A stretch of DNA of 64,000 nucleotides. It comes from Enoplolaimus lenunculus. Its lineage: Eukaryota. A model generated the notes under the pieces. That model searched no databases and was not told the origin of the DNA. It saw nothing but the letters and a program-made list of their open reading frames with translations. A program made the position numbers and the translations under genes. The stretch covers positions 186,001-250,000 of the forward strand of contig JASANG010002125.1 in NCBI GenBank assembly GCA_030248215.1, in the 5' to 3' direction. This document shows, piece by piece, positions 57,319 to 64,000 of the stretch; position 1 is the first letter of the stretch; each line of letters begins with the position of its first letter.

Positions 57319-60300
57319 GTACACGACTTGGAGAAATGTAGACTTAGGTCGAAAATTACGATGCACTTACTTACTTGAAATATTGAATATGCGCAAAATA
57401 TATTTTTTACAAACTTGAAAGCTAAAATGGTAGATTAGGCAGCTGAATATGTACTGCTGCCAAACGATTTGCTGGATTTCCAAAAACTTTCGCTACCTTA
57501 GGGGAGGTACTTAACCCTTTCTTGCACTGCAAAAAATGGTCAGTCAAATTGACTCTCTCTGAATTAGGTTTTGCTGAACACACAAACTGAGTCAAATTCG
57601 ACACCCGACAGAGTCAAACGTGTTGCTCAGCGAGTCAAATCTGACTCTGGCGTAGTCGAATTCGACTCTGTTTGTGTAGTCCCGTAGAACATATTTCGGA
57701 AAGAATCAATTTGACTCACCATTTTTTGCAGTGAATACTTATATGTCCCCCGGTGGAAAGGAAACAAGAACGCATAGATTTCAGTAGAAATTGCATTCGT
57801 GGCCAGAAAGTGTTCACTTTTCAGTGACCGCAGACGGATGTTTTACAATCGCTCCAGATCGCCGTGAACTGTGTGGCACAGTTGTCGATTCACTTGGCGA
57901 TTTCAGCGTCGACGACTGTTTGAATGAGTGTCGCCGCAACACGCGATGTACCGCAGTCATTCACAATACGCTCGAACAAGCGTGTGAACTACGCTCAACA
58001 GTGAAAGATACCGGAAGTCCAGGCGGATCTGTGACGTCGAATTTGGTCTGGAAGCGACGTCCGGTTCCGCCTGTGGCGCCACGGAAAAATAAAATTTGGG
58101 GAAATCGTGGACGACGTAGTGTGCCCTACCTTCATGAAGTATGTTACAGTGTATACTAATGAATATACAGCCAATGATCCAGACTTAACGGTTAAGCGCA
58201 GCTTTAGGCTTAGGAGTAGGCTTTTCTTATTAATCCAATCATCATAGAAAGCGAAATGGCTGTCAGCGTGCACAATTTATTTCCTTGGGGTAAATTACAG
58301 CGCGATCAGGTGCCGATAAACTTAATTTTAATTTTCAAATCTTTTAAGAATGTTGGCATTTTAAGTATTAACGGTGGTTGTATAAGCCTCTTACTATTAG
58401 TTAAACCATAAAACTGACTCTTACATGCATTGTCCCGGACGAATAGCCTGAGCATAAGCCAAAGGCTGACTTTAAAACAACTGAACACGCAAATTAATAT
58501 ATATAAAAACGTAAACATTTATGATAATTTGTGAAATTTCTGAATATAAAAAATTGGCGCATGTTAGTTTAAGGGGCGTCCAGGTTTCTGGTGGGTATAT
58601 AAAAGAGAAGGTTTAGATTCTAGATTAAATTGTTTTGCTTAGACTTAGGCTTAGGCTTAGGAACACATTTTTGCAACGCTTAGGCTTAGACTTAGGCTTA
58701 GGAATACGCTTAATAATCTACTGTTACGCCCCTAAAAGTAACATTGATCAAAAAATTGAATACTCTCGCTTACAATTTAGTTACAAATCAACCGTTTGAA
58801 TTTCAGATCGTTCGAGTTAAACGGCAACGATTTGGGCCACGTCCATTTATAGTCCCATTACCTATTTCTGCTGTTTTCCCTGGTGGACCTCCGAATGCGC
58901 TTGCAAAAGCAAACAGGTAAAATTATATTAATTTAATTTTAGTATTTAAGCCAACCATAGACGAATTCTGGGGGGGTTCGTATGGTGACTGTGGATCCCC
59001 CGTCGTATAATGCGAAAACAATTTTGACAAATATAAAGTCGAAAACTGCTTCAAGTCGAACAACTTAAGTATAGTATATGCCTCAAAGCATCGCGTTAGT
59101 TTCGTGGATCGTCCTAACCAGTGAACTCCGCTGTAATTATAGTTCTGGACCCCCCTTGTCAATTCTAGAAGAATCTGACCAATTTGTGAAAGTAAACGTG
59201 CAGGCCTGGGGTAAAACCTAAATTCGGAAGACACCAGTTTTGTTTTCAATTATGTTCCAGGATTTCGATCCAGCAAGTAGCTTGGTAAACCAAAAAAAGA
59301 TTTTATGCAAGTATTATTTTATTAGATCAGCAAGCTTTCCTTTTCATTTATTCTCAAATGTAGTGCAGCATCTATGATCAGTTAACAATAATTCCTGTAA
59401 ATTTCGAAACAGCCAATAGAAACATTCAAAATCTGACACTTTTGCATTTGATTGGTTCATCATTTGAGCCGAGTTTGATATCAATGGTAGCGCTGCTTTA
59501 ATTTGCATGTTATAAAATCTATTACTAAACTGCTGATACGTGCTATACATAAATTTATAGAAATCAAGACCTTCCCGCTGCAATATACTATGTACTTTAA
59601 GAGATTTTCGTGTAAGCCAAAGTTAATGCCAAGTACCCAAACTTTGTTCGCACGATAACGAAATATTCACACTAAATTAATTTTATTCGTATTATTCACT
59701 CCAAATTAATTTTTGTTTATTTTCAGATGCATATCACAATTAGCGGCAGCTTCTGGTATAAACACTTACCTCAAAAACGATGCGTGTTTTTCAAATCAAA
59801 CTACAACGACTACGACAACTACGACAACAGCGTTTCCGTTTATTACAGAACGAACAACAGTTGCTACTACGTTGCGAACTCCTGCGCCACCACCACCAAT
59901 TTCGCCTGAAGGTAAACTAAATTTAAAGTTTATTAACCGATATCAGTGGCGGATCCAGGATCTCAAAATGGGGGGGGGGCCCAAAATTTCACAGGTAATA
60001 AACTAATTTTTGACTCATACTGTAGTGACCCAAATAAGAGGGGGTCCCCATTTTGAGTCCCAATTAATAGGAGTCCGTATCACTAATATGAATCCGTAAG
60101 CGGGTAGAGTCCTTAAACCCTTGTTTGGAGTCCATAAATGTCTATTATCGCTAATTGTAGCGCATAAATGACTCCAGGGCTAAGAAACTTTAAAGCGTGC
60201 TTATACTATTGTGTCTGAAACAGAGAAATAAACAGCGTAGAACAGCAATTGACACTATATAATTTTTGTCGAGATGCTGTTGGGGGGGGGCACGGCCGGG

Positions 60301-63300
60301 GTGGCCCCCGTGGATCCGCCATTGACCGTTATCGTAGAATTTAAAAATAGGCCCGAGGTAAATTTCGTTTGATAAACCGCCCTAAGGCGGCTGCTATAAT
60401 TAACTCACGTTTTGTACTTTTGATATCACTTATGTTTATCCCTGCATAATTTCAGTAAGATACAATGTAACCAGCGGCTTTTTTCATCACAGGATAAATA
60501 ATCTCTGCGCCCTTAAATAGGTCCATGATCTGATTAGAGCTTTAAGACAACCGCGACAACCACGGCATGCTAATTTAATTTCAGCTCAGTGTATAAGCAG
60601 TCAAGTGACCAGGTACATCAAAAGCACTGGAAGTCAAGTTATTGGCCAAGGCGAAACATTTACTGCAATCGGTGAACGAGAATGCGTTGACTCGTGTAGC
60701 AAAAATGAGGTACTCTTTAGAAAAATCAAAGTTTCTCAAATGTAAAATTGCTTTGTGATATATATGTATATATATATAATCGCAGCATGCATGTACAATT
60801 TTAAGCTTAATGCTCAATGTAAACGAAGCTTACAAATAAAACGAGCAATGCTCGCACAGTGTTGAGTTGTTCAACAGATGGGTTGATTGCATTCATTACA
60901 ATTGATGCTGTTTATTTTTGGTTTCGACCCAAAAAATTTGCACAAATGATGTTTACAAAATATTTATAATAAATGGTAAAACATGAACACGGATATCGGG
61001 TAATTTCTACATTGCTAGTCGTTTCAACAAACCATGTATATAATATATAATATATAAGACCCATGTATAGAACAGGTGCCGGAACAGGAGTAAGCGTATT
61101 CTTAAGCCTACGCGTATTAGCTTAAGGATGAGAAACATTACTCTAATTCTTCTAAGCCTACATGTGAAATCCACAAATACGGCTTCGTTTGTGATGTGTT
61201 TTTTGGGTGGTTTGAGCTGTTCTGTTTTTTGAATTGAATTCACATACCATTTTTCAGCTGCCAACATTTGATCCGATAAGTTGTGTCGCGTTTACGTTTG
61301 AATCAATCACTAGTCAGTGTACAATATTGACGGCAAAAATCGCACCGGAACTGCGACAAACGACTACGGAAGCAGGTGCCGGATATTATGAAAAAGTTTG
61401 TTTTCAAGGTAAGTCGAAAATGGTTTTATTTTCAAGTACTGCTAGCAGGTAATAAGACGGGTGGTGTCACTGCCGCGGTTCGAAAACGTACTGTCGAGCG
61501 TTTTAAGATTAGTTGCTTTTGTGTAATATAGAATGATAGGCCCATGTATAGAACAGGGCCGGATCGTTTCTCGATGGGGCTATAATAGAGTCAGTTTAAG
61601 CTTTAGACTATTTTTTTGCTTAAGCTTAGGCTTAGGCTTAGACATAGGCTCATCCATACGCTTAGGCTTAGGCTTAGGAATATGCTTATACTACTGTACC
61701 GGCCCTGTTCCATACATGGACCGAATGGTATTTACTGAGTCTAAACGTACACTTTATCGACACCAATTGAAAACGCAATACGGGTGATTTTAAACTCAAC
61801 CAATTTAAAAAATGTCGGATCCTGCCGAGGTATCAAGTCGATTTCCGCTTGCTAATGCCGGGTCTTTTTCTTTTATCCAGGACTGGCCTACCGGCGGTTG
61901 GGCGCTGTGAACGGCTCTAAGTGCCAGTTTAGCAAAGAGCGCTTTGAAATGCTTGTGACATGCGGACCGACATTGTTTAACCTGTCGGTAGTGTTTGAGA
62001 AGCTAGTATTGGCAAACGGATTCCGCCAGCCTTTAAGCCTTGCAGCCACTTGCGAAGATACCAGCTAAACGTTTTGGCTGTATGACCGGCCAATGTTACT
62101 TTGAAGGCTGTAACAGTAGTATAACCATATTCCTAATCCTAAGCCTAAGCGTCAAAGTAAAACAATTGATTTTAAATGCATTTAGTTTAATACAGATTTG
62201 ACCGCAACAGTGATGATGCAGTTACGTCTACCACCTTTATCCGCCCAATTAACAACGGAATTTTTATGAATACAAATATTTTCTTCCGGGCCCGTAGCCA
62301 AGGGAAGGACAGGGGGGGGGGGGGCTCAGCGACCCTGGAAAAAATTTAGCCCCCCCTAGAAAGTTTTCAACCTTGCTTGTAAGTCAACTTAATCCATTTT
62401 TGGCCCCCACAGCAATGTGAGCTGGCTACATGCCTGCTTTCTTCTACCAAACACAATATTTTATAAAAATATTCTAATTGTGCAATCATTTTATTGTCAG
62501 AATCCCTTGTATCAAATTGTGACGTAATATTTGAACGTCTGTCACAAAAATTGCTCGTTGGATTTGCTCAAGGGTTGACAAGCGCCGAAACAGACCACGA
62601 ATGCGTCACCGCGTGTCTTAATTCTGAAGCTCGATTTGGATTCGTATGCCGAAGTGCACTGTACTATCCGCAGGTAGCAGTATGATTTTCTGTATATTTT
62701 AAATATTTACTTAACCCCTTCTCACACTGAGTTGCCTATAGGCAACTTAGCGCAGTATATATACGTTAAATAATATATATTGCACCGTGTTTAACAATTG
62801 CAACACGTATACATAGTACTAAATCACCACAAGACGTGAGAGCCCCCTCGGGCTCGAGCGTCAAGCTCCTATAGCTGAGTGGTGATGGTATTCGCCTCTC
62901 ACTCCAGTCACCGGAGTTCGAATCCTAGCATAAAAGTAGGTCTCAGGAGAAATAGAAAATATTCATGTGAGAAAGGGTTAATATTAATATGCAAAATGTG
63001 ATTTTCTCAAAATACGCGGTCGCACATTTGGCAGTATATTTAAACGCCATATTAAGCGAATTTTGTCCATCAAAAATGTATTTAAGTTTTTCTACCATTT
63101 AGCGCAATCATTCACACCTTTATTAAAGGTAAAATCATACTCAGCCCGGCCAGCTATGAGCTGCATTACAACATTTATACACAATTTATATTTATTTATT
63201 TATTTAATATATATTTATATATAATATATATAACTCGACCGGTCAATGTTTCTTTTACGGGCGCAACAGTAGCGATGCGCGTTCGTGAATCTAAAGCTCT

Positions 63301-64000
63301 ATTGAAACGTGCAAGTTTTCGCTGCGAGAACTTGCAGCTGCAACTTGCACGAAATACTTGCAGCTGCAAGTATTTGTAAAAAATAATAACTTTCATTCTA
63401 ATCTTGACATGAATTTATGTAAATAATTTGCAGACCACTGCAATAAATATCAAACATAACCTATAATCTATCAGTTTAGCCAATGATGATAAATGAATTC
63501 GACTTGCAGGATTATTCATACCTACGAATTAATTCTTCGCATATATTAATCATGAATAGCTTGCAGCTGCAAGTTACAAGTGCAAGAAATTTGAGCGATT
63601 TGCGACTGTGTTCACACTTCCGAATTAAATTCAATCACATGAATTCTAATGAATAATTTGCAGCTGCAAGAACTTCAAATCTGCTTTGTGACCAAACTTG
63701 CACATGCAAGTTGCACGTGCAAGTTTTTGCTGCAAAAACTTGCACGTGTGAATAGGGCTTTAGACTAATCCTTGTCCTAGATAAGAAACTAAAACAAAAC
63801 CTAAAACCTGAGCAAAAAATTAGTCTCGTACCTAAGTCAACCTATGCAATTCCGCGTGGAAATGCATCGCTCCTATAACTAAAATGACTCGGTCGGCTCA
63901 TAGGTCTTTTTTGTATTGCCTTCTCAATTGATGAACAGTTTCATTTGTCGTTTCAGCAAGGTGAAGAAAATTGTGTTCTGAATTCAGAAGACAAAACGAC
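57243..64000 (+). CDS. Secreted multi-PAN/apple-domain protein (at least 3 PAN modules plus a Thr/Pro-rich linker); 3' end lies outside the window
   Basis: Exons 57243-57318, 57825-58138, 58807-58916, 59727-59911, 60585-60709, 61258-61408, 62501-62673, 63957-64000+; all GT-AG with matching phases; repeated C-x3-C...C...C...Y-x-K-x-C pattern. Confidence 0.85.
57525..57733. mobile_element. GAGTC-rich CAC..GTG MITE
   Basis: Same family as 18296-18505. Confidence 0.88.
57825..58138 (+). CDS. PAN gene exon 2 (PAN1 core plus basic insert)
   Basis: TTTTCAG| GCFT...SVDDCLNECRRNTRCTAVIHNTLEQACELRS; GAA|GTATGT donor. Confidence 0.88.
58556..58749. mobile_element. TTAGGC-MITE, TSD AAAAAATT
   Basis: TIRs plus identical 8-bp flanks. 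Confidence 0.85.
58807..58916 (+). CDS. PAN gene exon 3 (insert with RVKR)
   Basis: TTTTCAG|IVRVKRQRFGPRPFIVPLPISAVFPGGPPNALAKAN, CAG|GTAAAA donor; phases 0/2 fit. Confidence 0.75.
59727..59911 (+). CDS. PAN gene exon 4 (end of PAN1, Thr/Pro-rich linker)
   Basis: TTTTCAG| CISQLAAASGINTYLKNDACFSNQ, poly-Thr, PAPPPPISPE; AAG|GTAAAC donor. Confidence 0.82.
59944..60324. mobile_element. hAT-like MITE CAGTGGCGGATCC..GGATCCGCCATTG containing a pogo-like fragment
   Basis: TSD ACCGATAT/ACCGTTAT; internal ~60018-60200 matches 23459-23838. Confidence 0.8.
60585..60709 (+). CDS. PAN gene exon 5 (PAN2, first half); not in the ORF track
   Basis: TTTCAG| AQCISSQVTRYIKSTGSQVIGQGETFTAIGERECVDSCSKNE|GTACTC; phases 1/0 fit. 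Confidence 0.82.
61258..61408 (+). CDS. PAN gene exon 6 (PAN2, second half)
   Basis: TTTTCAG|LPTFDPISCVAFTFESITSQCTIL...GYYEKVCFQ, AAG|GTAAGT donor. Confidence 0.88.
61539..61722. mobile_element. TTAGGC-MITE, TSD GAATGATA/GAATGGTA
   Basis: GGCCCATGTATAGAACAGGGCCGG / CCGGCCCTGTTCCATACATGGACC. Confidence 0.9.
62287..62436. mobile_element. hAT-like MITE, TSD TTTTCTTC/CTTTCTTC
   Basis: Same family as 5161-5331. Confidence 0.8.
62501..62673 (+). CDS. PAN gene exon 7 (PAN3)
   Basis: NCDVIFERLSQKLLVGFA...ECVTACLNSEARFGFVCRSALYYPQ, a typical nematode PAN module. Confidence 0.9.
62715..62977. mobile_element. piggyBac-like MITE (TTAA TSD) with tRNA-like cassette
   Basis: TTAA|CCCCTTCTCACA...TGTGAGAAAGGG|TTAA. 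Confidence 0.9.
63295..63759. mobile_element. TIR element with TAA/TTA flanks (PIF/Harbinger-like), TTGCAGCTGCAAG-rich
   Basis: AGCTCTATTGAAACGTGCAAGTTTT versus AAAACTTGCACGTGTGAATAGGGCT. Confidence 0.75.
63957..64000 (+). CDS. PAN gene exon 8 (partial)
   Basis: TTTCAG|QGEENCVLNSEDKT continues PAN3 (NC-x-LN-x-E). Confidence 0.85.

Noticed and set aside
297..63880. TTAGGC runs as a true telomere or chromosome-fusion scar
   Set aside because: The runs are short, degenerate, in both orientations and enclosed by TIRs with TSDs
1..64000. Autonomous transposase, reverse transcriptase or prokaryotic systems
   Set aside because: No ORF with DDE, RT or bacterial features was recognised

Overview
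Eukaryotic, AT-rich, intron-containing DNA that looks nematode: TTAGGC telomere-type repeats, TTTCAG-type splice acceptors and a gcy-33-like gene. Reading both strands by hand gives three genes. (1) A 14-exon minus-strand atypical soluble guanylate cyclase (52843->31781). Its H-NOX, PAS, coiled-coil and cyclase core splices in frame into two very large low-complexity exons, predicting about 2918 aa ending in a CaaX box (CAIL). The model needs one GC donor and one non-canonical CG acceptor, and both metal-binding Asp residues are substituted. (2) A divergently oriented plus-strand secreted multi-PAN/apple-domain gene (57243 to beyond the window end), with furin-type sites inserted inside its first PAN domain. 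(3) A probable first coding exon of another minus-strand gene (3831->~3414). The rest is densely filled with non-autonomous DNA transposons: about 30 copies of a GG-terminated, 8-bp-TSD MITE carrying TTAGGC telomere repeats, plus hAT-like, CAC..GTG, Harbinger-like, pogo-like and piggyBac-like families, the last carrying a tRNA-like cassette. There is also a nearly perfect 27-bp x ~56 tandem array inside a MITE, along with mini- and microsatellites. All coordinates and splice models were read by eye and have not been checked computationally.
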